From positions 20,678-84,677 of the forward strand of contig JAQUYD010000008.1 of assembly GCA_028692035.1 (NCBI GenBank): a stretch of 64,000 bases of DNA, read 5' to 3'. Under the pieces are notes generated by a model. It ran no database searches and was not told where the DNA came from. It saw only the letters and a program-made list of their open reading frames with translations. This DNA is from Oscillospiraceae bacterium (GTDB lineage: Bacteria; Bacillota; Clostridia; Oscillospirales; Ruminococcaceae). The position numbers were made by a program, and so were the translations under genes. How positions within the stretch are numbered: the first letter of the stretch is position 1; every line of letters begins with the position of its first letter. Shown here piece after piece: positions 1 through 8,897 of the stretch.

Positions 1-222
1 CAAATTTATACTGCCAATGAGAAGCCTGTGGCGGATTTGCTGCAAAAATATGATTTGATAGCGGAACCATGCTGCAAAAAACTATGGGATATCCTGTCTG
101 ACAAAAATCCTTGTGAGCTGATCCATGTGGAAGTGGAGGAACAAAGCATTTTTGATCTTCCAGCGCTTTTGGCAGATGCCGGTATCTATTCGGCAGGCCG
201 TCGGCCTGGCGAAAAAGAATAG
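1..222 (+). CDS. 3' end of an unidentified CDS that begins upstream of the window
   Basis: Frame 1 is open from base 1 to the TAG at 220-222 (..QIYTANEKPVADLLQKYDLIAEPCCKKLWDIL..GRRPGEKE). A strong terminator hairpin follows. No family recognised. Confidence 0.4.
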   Translation, partial: QIYTANEKPVADLLQKYDLIAEPCCKKLWDILSDKNPCELIHVEVEEQSIFDLPALLADAGIYSAGRRPGEKE

Positions 223-243
223 CCTTTTACTTGAAAAGGATGT

Positions 244-279
244 AAAAAGCTGCGCCGTTAAAAAACGGCGCAGCTTTTT
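244..279. terminator. Bidirectional intrinsic terminator between convergent genes
   Basis: Perfect 16-bp stem aaaaagctgcgccgtt / aacggcgcagcttttt with a 4-nt loop. The A-run and T-run flanks allow it to work on both strands. Confidence 0.85.
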
Positions 280-367
280 TGCGATCAGCGCTTTAGAAAA
301 ATACGAAGAAATGATCTAGGAACGCGTTTAATCCGCCAACAGGTACCATCCAGATGAAATCGTATTG

Positions 368-1117
368 TTATTTGTTGAGGATCCTTTTTAAAGACGCAAT
401 ATCCAACAAATTTACCGTCTCAAATTTCCCCTTATAACACACAGCCCAATTGTTAAAAACACAAGGCAGTTCCTTTGCCTTTTGCAGCGTATCCACCTGG
501 ATGAAAGACGCGGGAACGGCATTCATCTCACAATACTGTTTGACCCTCTCAATGTTTTGGTAGATGTAAGGGCATTGCGCGTCATAATAAACAGTTAGAT
601 CCTTGCTCTCAATTTTTTGCTTTTTGGCGTTTGGGGTAAATGATGGAACGGTTCCGTCAAAAGAAAGGGCGAGCAATTCGTACCCGTCATTGGTGGCATC
701 AACAACCTCAAATCCAAATTTTTTTGCAAATGATTGGTCGGAAAGCCATGCCTTTTGTTTTTGCGCCCCGAGCATGCAAACGCCGGATCTGCCATTTTGT
801 TTGGCGTCGGCTAAACAATACTCTATTAACGATTTGCCGTACCCCTTTCCTTTATGGCTGGCGGCGACCCACAAGCAATACAGATAATAATAGTTGCTGC
901 CAGCAATCGGAACCCATGCCGATTCAAGAGGGGCATATTCAATAAAAACAGCCGCTTTTTCGTTTAGCTTCCTGAAAACATGGCCCTCCTTTAGCCGGTC
1001 TGAAAGCCATTTCCGCTTTGCCTCAACGCCAGGATGGGTGCTTTTGCTGCGGATCACACAGCACAAATGCTCGCTGGCAAGGTTTTCTGCTGTTACATTT
1101 ACAAAATCACCGTTCAA
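368..1117 (-). CDS. GNAT family N-acetyltransferase with YoaP-like C-terminal domain
   Basis: 249-aa ORF with a TTG start. GNAT motif A region is WVAASHKGKGYGKSLIEY. The C-terminal Cys-containing thioredoxin-like part (TVYYDAQCPYIYQNIERV...) resembles YoaP-like domains. Confidence 0.75.
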   Translation of the reverse strand: MNGDFVNVTAENLASEHLCCVIRSKSTHPGVEAKRKWLSDRLKEGHVFRKLNEKAAVFIEYAPLESAWVPIAGSNYYYLYCLWVAASHKGKGYGKSLIEYCLADAKQNGRSGVCMLGAQKQKAWLSDQSFAKKFGFEVVDATNDGYELLALSFDGTVPSFTPNAKKQKIESKDLTVYYDAQCPYIYQNIERVKQYCEMNAVPASFIQVDTLQKAKELPCVFNNWAVCYKGKFETVNLLDIASLKRILNK

Positions 1118-1185
1118 GTGTATATTCCCCGCTTCCTCTCGTAAATTTTATGTTGAACCGGTTCCAGCTTTTATGGCGGAAATCC

Positions 1186-3780
1186 TTATACGCCGATAAC
1201 CAGCTTGCCGTCTGTACAATCGGCTTTGAGGATCGTTTCCGGCGCCGGATCCTTTTCCAGGATATAACGGGCCAGCAGGGTCTCCAGCTTCTGCTGGATA
1301 TACCGTTTCAGCGGCCTTGCGCCGTAGACGGGATCGTAACCTTCCTGCACGATCAATTCCTTGGCCGCGTCGGTGACTGCCAAACCCAATTCCTTGTCCG
1401 CCAGCCGCTTTTTTAAGCCTGTCAGCATCAAATCCACGATCTGGGCAATCTCCTCCCGGGTCAGAGGCTTATAAAACACAATTTCGTCCAAGCGGTTGAG
1501 GAATTCCGGACGGAAAGAAGTTTTTAACAGCTGCTCTACCTGCGCTTTTGCCGCGTCAGAAATCTGCCCGTTTTGGTCAAACCCCTCTAGAATTGCGGAG
1601 GAGCCAAGATTAGAGGTTAGGATGATGATTGTATTTTTAAAATCCACCACCCGTCCCTGTGAATCCGTGATCCGGCCATCGTCCAGCACCTGTAGCAGAA
1701 TGTTGAACACATCCGGGTGCGCCTTTTCCACCTCGTCAAACAGCACGACCGAATAAGGCTTGCGCCGCACCGCCTCGGTCAGTTGGCCACCTTCTTCATA
1801 GCCCACATATCCGGGAGGCGCCCCCACCAAACGAGAAACGGTGTGTTTTTCCATATATTCGGACATGTCGATCCGAACCATATTCCGCTCATCATCGAAC
1901 AATGCCTGGGCCACTGCTTTGGCAAGTTCTGTTTTGCCCACGCCGGTGGGGCCCAAAAACAAAAAGGAACCAATGGGCCGGTTCGGATCTTGAATGCCAG
2001 CCCGGGACCGCATAATGGCATCTGCCACCCGCTGGACTGCTTCATCCTGCCCAATGACCCGCTGATGCAGCGTCTTGTCCAGATGCAGGAGTTTTTCCCG
2101 CTCTCCCTCCACCAGACGGGAAACCGGAATACCCGTCCAGCGGCCCACAATTCTGGCGATCTCCTCTTCGGTGACTTTGTCCCGCAACAGGGTCGTCTCC
2201 TGCGCGCCGCCGTTTTCTTCCAATCCAGCCAACTGCTTTTGCAATTCCGGCAGCTTGCCATATTTGAGGGCTGCCGCTTGATCCAAATCGTACTCCCGCT
2301 CGGCCAACTCAATTTGGGTGTTGACCTGCTCGATCTCTTCCCGCAACTTCTGCACCCGGCCGATTGACGCCTTTTCATTTTCCCAGCGCGCCTTCATCTG
2401 CTTGAACTGCTCCCGCATTTCGGTCAGTTCCTTCTGGATCTCCTCCAGATGCTCCGCAGACAGGCGGCTGTTTTCCTTTTTCAGCGCCGCTTCTTCGATC
2501 TCGTGCTGCATAATTTTCCGGGAAATTTCGTCCAGTTCCGCGGGCATCGAATCCATTTCGGTCCGAATGGTGGCACATGCCTCATCCACCAGATCGATCG
2601 CCTTGTCAGGCAGGAACCGGTCGGTGATATACCGGTTGGATAACGTTGCCGCCGCAATCAGTGCCTGATCCTGGATTTTGACCCCGTGGAACACCTCATA
2701 TCGCTCTTTCAGTCCACGCAGGATGGAAATCGTGTCCTCCACCGTAGGTTCATCCACCAATACCGGCTGGAACCGCCGTTCCAGCGCCGCGTCTTTCTCG
2801 ATATATTGGCGGTACTCGTTGAGGGTGGTAGCGCCAATACAGTGCAGCTCCCCTCTGGCCAGCATCGGCTTTAGGAGGTTTCCTGCATCCATGGAGCCTT
2901 CGGTTTTTCCCGCGCCTACGATGGTATGCAGTTCATCGATAAACAGAAGGATCTGCCCTTCGCTTTTCTTCACCTCACCTAAAACCGCTTTGAGCCGTTC
3001 TTCAAACTCGCCGCGATATTTGGCGCCGGCAATCAACGCACCCATATCCAACGAAAAAATCGTCTTATCCCGCAGGCCCGTCGGCACATCCCCACGGACG
3101 ATCCGCTGCGCCAGCCCCTCTGCGATCGCCGTTTTGCCCACGCCTGGCTCACCAATCAAAACCGGGTTGTTTTTGCTTTTCCGGGACAAAATCCGGATCA
3201 CATTCCGAATTTCGGTATCTCGTCCGATCACTGGGTCGAGCTTTTGTTTGCGCGCCTGCTCCACCAGATCGGTACCGTATTTTTTCAGCGCATCATAGGT
3301 ATCCTCCGGGCTGTCCGTAGTCACGCGGGTGTTGCCACGCACTGCCATTAGCGCCGTTAAAAAAGCGTTTTTATCAATGCGGCACTGGTCGATTACCTGC
3401 TTGACCGCCACATCCGGCTGCTCCAACAATCCCCAGAACAGATGCTCGACCGAGATGTAGTCGTCTTTCATGGCGTCGGCCTTTTTCTCGGCGGCCGCCA
3501 TCGCTCGGTCAAGATTTTGCGAGATGTAAACTTTATCCGCTTCCCGCCCGGGGCCGGACACGCCCGGCAGCTTTTTCGCCTCCGTCTCTGCGGCGGAAAG
3601 CGCCTGCTGTGCATCCAGGTTCATCTTGATAAGCAGCTGGGGGATTAAGCCCCCCTGATCCTGCACCAGCGCCCAGAACAGATGGATCTGTTCGATCTGC
3701 ATATTTTCCAGCTCTCTGGAATATTTTTGCGCGGCTTCCACCGCTTCTAAGGATTTCTTGGTTAGTCTCTGTACATTCAT
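1186..3780 (-). CDS. clpB: ATP-dependent chaperone ClpB
   Basis: 864 aa. Two AAA+ modules with Walker A motifs [10 protein letters not shown] and [10 protein letters not shown], and a long coiled-coil middle domain between them. SD GGGAGG lies 7 nt before the ATG. Confidence 0.97.
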   Translation of the reverse strand: MNVQRLTKKSLEAVEAAQKYSRELENMQIEQIHLFWALVQDQGGLIPQLLIKMNLDAQQALSAAETEAKKLPGVSGPGREADKVYISQNLDRAMAAAEKKADAMKDDYISVEHLFWGLLEQPDVAVKQVIDQCRIDKNAFLTALMAVRGNTRVTTDSPEDTYDALKKYGTDLVEQARKQKLDPVIGRDTEIRNVIRILSRKSKNNPVLIGEPGVGKTAIAEGLAQRIVRGDVPTGLRDKTIFSLDMGALIAGAKYRGEFEERLKAVLGEVKKSEGQILLFIDELHTIVGAGKTEGSMDAGNLLKPMLARGELHCIGATTLNEYRQYIEKDAALERRFQPVLVDEPTVEDTISILRGLKERYEVFHGVKIQDQALIAAATLSNRYITDRFLPDKAIDLVDEACATIRTEMDSMPAELDEISRKIMQHEIEEAALKKENSRLSAEHLEEIQKELTEMREQFKQMKARWENEKASIGRVQKLREEIEQVNTQIELAEREYDLDQAAALKYGKLPELQKQLAGLEENGGAQETTLLRDKVTEEEIARIVGRWTGIPVSRLVEGEREKLLHLDKTLHQRVIGQDEAVQRVADAIMRSRAGIQDPNRPIGSFLFLGPTGVGKTELAKAVAQALFDDERNMVRIDMSEYMEKHTVSRLVGAPPGYVGYEEGGQLTEAVRRKPYSVVLFDEVEKAHPDVFNILLQVLDDGRITDSQGRVVDFKNTIIILTSNLGSSAILEGFDQNGQISDAAKAQVEQLLKTSFRPEFLNRLDEIVFYKPLTREEIAQIVDLMLTGLKKRLADKELGLAVTDAAKELIVQEGYDPVYGARPLKRYIQQKLETLLARYILEKDPAPETILKADCTDGKLVIGV

Positions 3781-3795
3781 ATGGTTTTCCTCCCA

Positions 3796-4458
3796 CTATA
3801 AAAGGATTTTTTCTTTTTGAAGCGCCTTTTGATACTCTAAGCCGATTTTCTCGATTCCCTCTTTCCAATTCGATTCGTCCAATTCAAAAAAGGCTTTTAA
3901 CGCGCGGTCAAAAGTTTGGATATAAGCACTGATTGTTTCGCCCAGCTGCGTGTTGGTGCAAGCTTCCTGCGGCCAATAGAAGGTCCTAACATACCGGCCG
4001 TTGTCGATCCGGCAGGGAATACCCGCCGGATGCTGATCCAGAAGCACGCCTTCCTCTAGTTTCTGCCACAATCGAAAAAAACTGTCCAGCATCTGCAACA
4101 AGCCGGCGCTTTGGGTTCGGGACGATACCCGCAGCTCTCCCAGCACCTTCGGGTCGTTTCGGAATAGCTCAACGCTGTAGCGTACTGTCGGCCGATACTT
4201 ATAGGCCAGCGCCGTCCGTACCGAAAGCATTGCGTCAGAGGGCTGGAACTGAATCTGGAATGCGCTTTGCTGGTCCATCAGCGCCTCGATTTGCTGGAAA
4301 ATGTCCCGCATCCGCTGTTCCGGCGTCTTGACCGATAAATAGTCGGCCAAAATCTGGTTAACCATATTGGAACGGCTGGTATTCTGCGTATATGCCAACT
4401 GATCCACTGCGCTGACCACGTCATCCATCAGCAGCAAGCTGTAAATATTCCGGTTCAT
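3796..4458 (-). CDS. Hypothetical protein with N-terminal ribbon-helix-helix (CopG/Arc-like) DNA-binding motif
   Basis: 220 aa. N-terminus is IYSLLLMDDVVSAVDQLAYTQNTSRSNMVNQILADYL (beta-strand, helix, helix). SD AAGGAGGG precedes the ATG. The stop is 15 nt from the clpB ATG. The C-terminal ~170 aa are unassigned. Confidence 0.6.
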   Translation of the reverse strand: MNRNIYSLLLMDDVVSAVDQLAYTQNTSRSNMVNQILADYLSVKTPEQRMRDIFQQIEALMDQQSAFQIQFQPSDAMLSVRTALAYKYRPTVRYSVELFRNDPKVLGELRVSSRTQSAGLLQMLDSFFRLWQKLEEGVLLDQHPAGIPCRIDNGRYVRTFYWPQEACTNTQLGETISAYIQTFDRALKAFFELDESNWKEGIEKIGLEYQKALQKEKILL

Positions 4459-4479
4459 ACCATCCCTCCTTTACATTTT

Positions 4480-4507
4480 AGTATACTCATTTCTAATAAT
4501 TTGTCAA
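4480..4507 (-). promoter_or_regulatory. Sigma-70 type promoter for the RHH gene-clpB transcript
   Basis: On the minus strand, TTGACA (4507-4502), a 16-nt spacer, then TATACT (4485-4480), about 20 nt upstream of the ATG at 4458. Confidence 0.55.
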
Positions 4508-4592
4508 TATTATTATTAATTTTAATTGCATATTATTTTTGAAATGAATCCCCCACTTTGGGATACACTATCTAAAAAAGGGGGGCACTTGT

Positions 4593-4943
4593 TTGCAATA
4601 TTTCCAGATGGCCGGCACGGGGATCTTAATCGGGCTCTTGAATGGACTTTTCGGCGCAGGCGGCGGAATCGTAGCTGTGACGGCTTTTCAAAAAATGGGA
4701 ATGCCCGACAAGGTTTCCCACGCTACCGCCATAGCGGTTATGATGTTTTTGTCGGCAGTCAGCGGATTTTTGTACTGGTATCGCGGATTTGTTTCGGTGA
4801 GCGACGTGATCCCCTTTCTCCCCGGTGGTGTGGCCGGCGCCGCCTTTGGCGGGTGGCTGTTACCAAAAATACCGGACTTTTGGCTGAAAAAAATTTTTTC
4901 CCTGTTCATTCTTTACGCCGCCGTCCGCCTATTTCTAAAATAA
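4593..4943 (+). CDS. Half-size sulfite exporter TauE/SafE (TSUP) family membrane protein, first half
   Basis: 116 aa, about 4 TM segments. Gly-rich TSUP-type motif LNGLFGAGGGIV. TTG start with SD AAGGGGGG; an ATG at 4608 is an alternative start. Confidence 0.7.
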   Translation: MQYFQMAGTGILIGLLNGLFGAGGGIVAVTAFQKMGMPDKVSHATAIAVMMFLSAVSGFLYWYRGFVSVSDVIPFLPGGVAGAAFGGWLLPKIPDFWLKKIFSLFILYAAVRLFLK

Positions 4944-4980
4944 GGAGAACGCGGCGCACGGTTGCCGCCTGCATACAACT

Positions 4981-5469
4981 ATGAACTGGCTCATCCCATC
5001 TGTTATTGCATTTGTCTGTGCTGCCATCGCTTCTATGGGGATCGGCGGCGGCGCGGTGCTTTTATTGTTTTTAACCGTTTTTTCCGACACCCCGTTGGCC
5101 ACTGCCCAAGGGATCAACCTTCTGTTTTTTCTCCCGGTCGGGGCAGTGGCGCTGCTGTTTCATAAAAAGTCCGGGCTTTTGCAGATCAAAAAAGGGATTT
5201 CTTGCGGGCTTTGGGGGCTGCCAGGCGTTTTTTTGGGGGTGTGGACCGCTTCTTTGTTAGCGTCTTCCGCACTCTCCAAGCTGTTTGCAGTTTTTTTATT
5301 CTATCTTGGCCTTAAAACGCTCTTTTCCAAACAAACAAAAAAATCCTTGGAGAAAAAAATTTTCTCCAAGGATCCAGATCAAAATCAAAAAGCTCAAAAC
5401 CGCTCTCGCCCGGGTCCTACTCCTCATCCGGATGATTGCGCCGATAGGCCAGATAGCTTTCCAGGATGA
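4981..5469 (+). CDS. Half-size TauE/SafE (TSUP) family membrane protein, second half, with odd hydrophilic tail
   Basis: 162-aa ORF. The first ~115 aa are a 4-TM TSUP repeat (SMGIGGGAVLL). The last ~45 aa are hydrophilic, read through a terminator hairpin and overlap the ruvX 3' end. No clear SD before the ATG. Confidence 0.6.
   Translation: MNWLIPSVIAFVCAAIASMGIGGGAVLLLFLTVFSDTPLATAQGINLLFFLPVGAVALLFHKKSGLLQIKKGISCGLWGLPGVFLGVWTASLLASSALSKLFAVFLFYLGLKTLFSKQTKKSLEKKIFSKDPDQNQKAQNRSRPGPTPHPDDCADRPDSFPG
5343..5373 (-). terminator. Intrinsic terminator downstream of ruvX
   Basis: 14-bp perfect stem atccttggagaaaa / ttttctccaaggat with a 3-nt loop. On the minus strand it is followed by a T-run (complement of caaacaaaaaaa, 5331-5342). 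Confidence 0.8.
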
Positions 5470-5845
5470 TCGAAGCCGCCACCTCGTCCACTACGTCTTT
5501 GCGTTTTTTTCCGCGCGTATTGGTCTCGTTGAGATACTGATGGGCGGTCACCGTGGTGCTGCGCTCGTCCCAGAGGATAACCGGGACTAAAACCTTACCC
5601 CGCAGCTTTTCCGCGAACAAGGCGCATTTCTGCGCCCGCTCCCCTGTGCTGCCGTCCATATTGACAGGATGGCCCACCACTACCTTGCCAATCTGATATT
5701 CCTCCACCGCATAAGCGACCTGGTCTACCGTCCGGTCAAAATTATATTCGTGAATGACCCCGATGGGGGACGCCAAAAATTCTGTACGGTCACAGGCGGC
5801 TAACCCGGTGCGGGCATCGCCGTAATCTACCGCCATGATTTTCAT
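5417..5845 (-). CDS. ruvX: Holliday junction resolvase-like nuclease RuvX (YqgF)
   Basis: 142 aa. N-terminus MKIMAVDYGDARTGLAACD is typical of the YqgF family. ATGA overlap with the upstream gene. Confidence 0.92.
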   Translation of the reverse strand: MKIMAVDYGDARTGLAACDRTEFLASPIGVIHEYNFDRTVDQVAYAVEEYQIGKVVVGHPVNMDGSTGERAQKCALFAEKLRGKVLVPVILWDERSTTVTAHQYLNETNTRGKKRKDVVDEVAASIILESYLAYRRNHPDEE

Positions 5846-6480
5846 GTCGACACCTCCTGTTTTTCTCTGTCCTCCAAGTGGGAAAGATCATCGTAGTAAT
5901 CCACCTGGATCCTGCCGCCGTTGTAGATCACCCGGCTGACCGCTGTGTTTTTTGAAAGAGGGATCTCTCCTATTTTTTCGATCGGCAGACCCAGCGCATG
6001 GCACAAATAACACCGCAGGGCGCATCCGTGGGAGACGATGGCGACCGTCCTTCCTTCATTTTTGGCTGCAATGCGGTCGATGGTCCTGCTCATCCGCTCA
6101 TGAACCTGCAAAATACTCTCGCCGCCGGGCGCACAAAAATGGGACTCATCCTCTGTCCAAAGCCGCCACTCCGCCGGAAACGCAACTGGCAGATCGGAAA
6201 AGCGCTGCATCTCCCACTGTCCTGCAAAAATTTCACACAGTCCCTTGTCCGTCTGGATCGGCAGCCGGTGATATTGGTTGACGGCCTGTGCTGTCTGCAC
6301 GGCTCGCTGTAACGGGCTGGAATAAACCGCATCCAGCAAAACCTCCCGAAAACGCTCCGCCAGTTGCGGCAGCTGGGCCTGCCCTTCTACCGACAGACCT
6401 AAATTGGAGCAGCCCTGAAAAATCCGTTCTGTATTTCCCACAGATTTCGCGTGCCGAACCAAATACACTGTGGTCATCAC
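5842..6480 (-). CDS. Histidine phosphatase family protein (phosphoglycerate mutase-like)
   Basis: 212 aa. RHA motif (VYLVRHAKSVGN) and a second catalytic His region (IVSHGCALR). Confidence 0.85.
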   Translation of the reverse strand: MMTTVYLVRHAKSVGNTERIFQGCSNLGLSVEGQAQLPQLAERFREVLLDAVYSSPLQRAVQTAQAVNQYHRLPIQTDKGLCEIFAGQWEMQRFSDLPVAFPAEWRLWTEDESHFCAPGGESILQVHERMSRTIDRIAAKNEGRTVAIVSHGCALRCYLCHALGLPIEKIGEIPLSKNTAVSRVIYNGGRIQVDYYDDLSHLEDREKQEVST

Positions 6481-6550
6481 TGCTTTCCTCCGTTCCCGTC
6501 AAAGATCTCCGGCCTTTGCGTTTCCCGTTTTCAATCAAACGCCAACGCAA

Positions 6551-6584
6551 AGGAAAAGCCGTTCCCTGTAAAATAGGGAGCGGC
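6551..6584 (-). terminator. Intrinsic terminator downstream of upp
   Basis: 10-bp stem with one mismatch (gccgttccct / agggagcggc) and a 7-nt loop, followed by a T-run on the minus strand. Confidence 0.6.
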
Positions 6585-6592
6585 CTGTTTCA

Positions 6593-7222
6593 CTATTTGG
6601 TGCCAAAAATCCTGTCTCCGGCGTCGCCCAGGCCGGGGACGATGTATTTATGTTCATTGAGTTTCTCATCCACCGCGCCGATATAAATCTGCACGTCCGG
6701 ATGGGCTTTTTGCAAAGCCTCAAGACCTTCAGGTGCCGCAATGATGCACATAAAGCGCACACTTCTCGCACCTTTGGACTTGATCTGGCTGATCGCATCA
6801 ATCGCTGAACCGCCGGTGGCCAGCATTGGATCTAGGACAATAACATCCCGCTCGCCAATGTCGGTAGGCAGCTTGCAGTAATACTCTACAGGCATATGGG
6901 TTTCCGGGTCGCGGTACATACCGATATGGCCAATTTTTGCGGCGGGAACCATGCGCATTACGCCGTCCACCATACCAAGGCCCGCCCGTAAAATTGGGAC
7001 AAACGCCAATTTTCTGCCGGAGATGACTTTCGTTTTCGCCACTGCCACAGGGGTCTCGATCTCCACCTCTTTTAACGGCAGATCCCGGGTTGCCTCGTAG
7101 CACATCAGCATTCCAATCTCGCCTACCAATTCGCGAAATTCCTTGGTGCCGGTGTTTTTATCCCGCATAATTGTCAGTTTGTGCTGAATCAGCGGATGAT
7201 CCATAATTACCGGTTTGATCAT
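6593..7222 (-). CDS. upp: Uracil phosphoribosyltransferase
   Basis: The ORF runs to 7273. The start was chosen at [21 protein letters not shown] (209 aa), which matches the usual Upp N-terminus. PRPP-binding region is [13 protein letters not shown]. Confidence 0.93.
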   Translation of the reverse strand: MIKPVIMDHPLIQHKLTIMRDKNTGTKEFRELVGEIGMLMCYEATRDLPLKEVEIETPVAVAKTKVISGRKLAFVPILRAGLGMVDGVMRMVPAAKIGHIGMYRDPETHMPVEYYCKLPTDIGERDVIVLDPMLATGGSAIDAISQIKSKGARSVRFMCIIAAPEGLEALQKAHPDVQIYIGAVDEKLNEHKYIVPGLGDAGDRIFGTK

Positions 7223-7287
7223 AATACATTTCTCCATTTCCGCCCCAACGGCATTTAAATCATACATTCCCAAAAGCCGGAGTCGCC

Positions 7288-7725
7288 CTATTTCTCCTCC
7301 AGCTTCATCAACTGTTCAACCCGTCTTTCATGACGGCCGCCTTCAAACGGCGTATTCAAAAAAACGTCTACCAATTCCAGCGCAAGGCCGGGGCCGATGG
7401 TGCGCCCCCCCATGCAGATGACGTTGGCGTCATTGTGCAAACGGGTGTATTTGGCGCTGAAATAATCCGAGCACAGCGCCGCGCGAATGCCCTTAATCTT
7501 GTTTGCCGCCATCGAAATCCCGATCCCGGTCCCGCAGCAGAGGATCCCTTTGTCACATCTGCCGTCGGTGATTGCCGCGCAGGTCTTTTCCGCAATCAGC
7601 GGATAATCCACGCTATCCGTACTATAGGTGCCAAAATCCTCATAAGGGATTTTCTGTTCATCCAGATGCTTTTTGATCTCCTCTTTCAGCGCAAAGCCGC
7701 CGTGATCACTGCCAATAGCAATCAT
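7288..7725 (-). CDS. rpiB: Ribose-5-phosphate isomerase B
   Basis: 145 aa from [17 protein letters not shown], with [17 protein letters not shown]. The 81 codons further upstream in the ORF are a Cys/Arg-rich read-through of the tsaB 3' region, not coding. Confidence 0.92.
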   Translation of the reverse strand: MIAIGSDHGGFALKEEIKKHLDEQKIPYEDFGTYSTDSVDYPLIAEKTCAAITDGRCDKGILCCGTGIGISMAANKIKGIRAALCSDYFSAKYTRLHNDANVICMGGRTIGPGLALELVDVFLNTPFEGGRHERRVEQLMKLEEK

Positions 7726-7756
7726 TCGCTCCAGTCCTTTCCATCCGATAAACGTT

Positions 7757-8455
7757 CTATGCCTTGTTCTGTTTTTGCAGCAGCTCCCGCTGTGCCTGGG
7801 GCAACCGCAGGTATTCCGGTGCCAGCAATGCCGGTTCCACACACAGCCCCCGGCGGGGCAACGCCGCCATGCAAACGGCAGAGGCCCTTTGGAACCGCAA
7901 GTGCTCCGGCGCCAGCACAACGCCGGAACCTTCCCAACTATTATAGCACAATTCGGCGCCGTCTCCAACCAAAATCAGCGGCAATCCGGAAGAAATCTCA
8001 TCCAACTGTTCCCGCAGCGCCTGAACGGACAGTGCCCGATCCTCGCTCAGCCGCTGAACCGACTCCCTGCTTACCTGAAAAGCCGCGGTATACACCTGTT
8101 GGCAGCGGGCGTCCATCGCCGCTACCGCCACACATTCCTGCCCGATCAAGTTGTAGGCCAGCGCCTCCAAGGTTGATACGGGAATACAGCGTTTTTTCGT
8201 GCCGAAAGCCATCCCCTTCACCGCCGAAATGCCAATGCGAAGTCCGGTAAAAGAGCCAGGTCCCGTAGAAACCGCGAACTCGTCCACCTGCGTGATATCT
8301 TTCCCGCAGGCGGTAAACAAATTCTGCACCATGGGCAGGATGGTCTGGCTGTGGGTGAGCTTGACATTGACAAAATGCTCACCGATGATCCGGCCGTTCT
8401 CCCACAGGGCGGCCGAAGCCGCCACCGCGGAAGTATCCATTCCCAATATCATCAA
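7757..8455 (-). CDS. tsaB: tRNA t6A37 biosynthesis protein TsaB
   Basis: 232 aa. MMILGMDTSAVAASAAL is the TsaB/YeaZ N-terminal signature, and GPGSFTGLRIG is present. 4-nt overlap with tsaE. Confidence 0.9.
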   Translation of the reverse strand: MMILGMDTSAVAASAALWENGRIIGEHFVNVKLTHSQTILPMVQNLFTACGKDITQVDEFAVSTGPGSFTGLRIGISAVKGMAFGTKKRCIPVSTLEALAYNLIGQECVAVAAMDARCQQVYTAAFQVSRESVQRLSEDRALSVQALREQLDEISSGLPLILVGDGAELCYNSWEGSGVVLAPEHLRFQRASAVCMAALPRRGLCVEPALLAPEYLRLPQAQRELLQKQNKA

Positions 8456-8883
8456 AACCGCTCATCCCCCTCCACTGTGATCCGCCGCTGGTTCTCGTCC
8501 AACCGCTCAAAGGTCACGCGGATGTACCCCTGTGGCAGCGCCCCTTCGATATTCTCGCTCCACTCAATGGCCAAAATCGCTCCGGTTTCCAGATAATCAA
8601 AAAAACCGGTGGAATACAAATCGTCAAAAGAGGTCACGCGGTACATATCAAAATGGTACAGCTTCGGTTGGGTGCGGTACTCGTGGACCAGCGAAAAAGT
8701 TGGGCTCGAAACCTCGTCCTGCCCGCCCAACCCGCAGGCCAGTCCCCGGACAAAGGTGGTTTTGCCCATACCCAAACCGCCGAAAAAGGCCAGCACATCG
8801 TCCGGCTTTAAAAGGCGAGCCAATTCTTGGGCAAAGCGTTCTGTCTCGGCCGCGCTGTTTGTGACGATTGATCCCATAGACAA
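8452..8883 (-). CDS. tsaE: tRNA t6A37 biosynthesis ATPase TsaE
   Basis: 143 aa. P-loop GGLGMGKTTFVRGL, then PTFSLVHEY. Confidence 0.9.
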   Translation of the reverse strand: MSMGSIVTNSAAETERFAQELARLLKPDDVLAFFGGLGMGKTTFVRGLACGLGGQDEVSSPTFSLVHEYRTQPKLYHFDMYRVTSFDDLYSTGFFDYLETGAILAIEWSENIEGALPQGYIRVTFERLDENQRRITVEGDERF

Positions 8884-8897
8884 ACTGCCTTCCTTTA

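Noticed and set aside
4459-4592. CtsR box or CIRCE element upstream of the RHH-clpB transcript
   Set aside because: Only a single GTCAA within the -35 region is present. There is no tandem GGTCAAA repeat and no TTAGCACTC/GAGTGCTAA inverted repeat. The AT-rich short inverted repeats here (ATTAA..TTAAT) are too weak to call.
7726-7968. N-terminal extensions of several track ORFs. The example here is the 81-codon Cys/Arg-rich extension of rpiB. Others are at 15215-15403, 26013-26090, 29990-30100, 36528-36662, 37478-37612, 42873-42950, 45067-45201 and 46410-46568.
   Set aside because: In each case an internal start with a good SD reproduces the canonical N-terminus of the family. The extension overlaps the upstream gene or a promoter/leader region, so I trimmed the CDS.
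7330-8250. 306-aa plus-strand ORF overlapping rpiB and tsaB
   Set aside because: It lies antisense to two well-supported genes. Its product is Arg/Pro/Ala-rich low-complexity sequence typical of shadow ORFs in GC-rich DNA. It has no SD and no recognisable motif.
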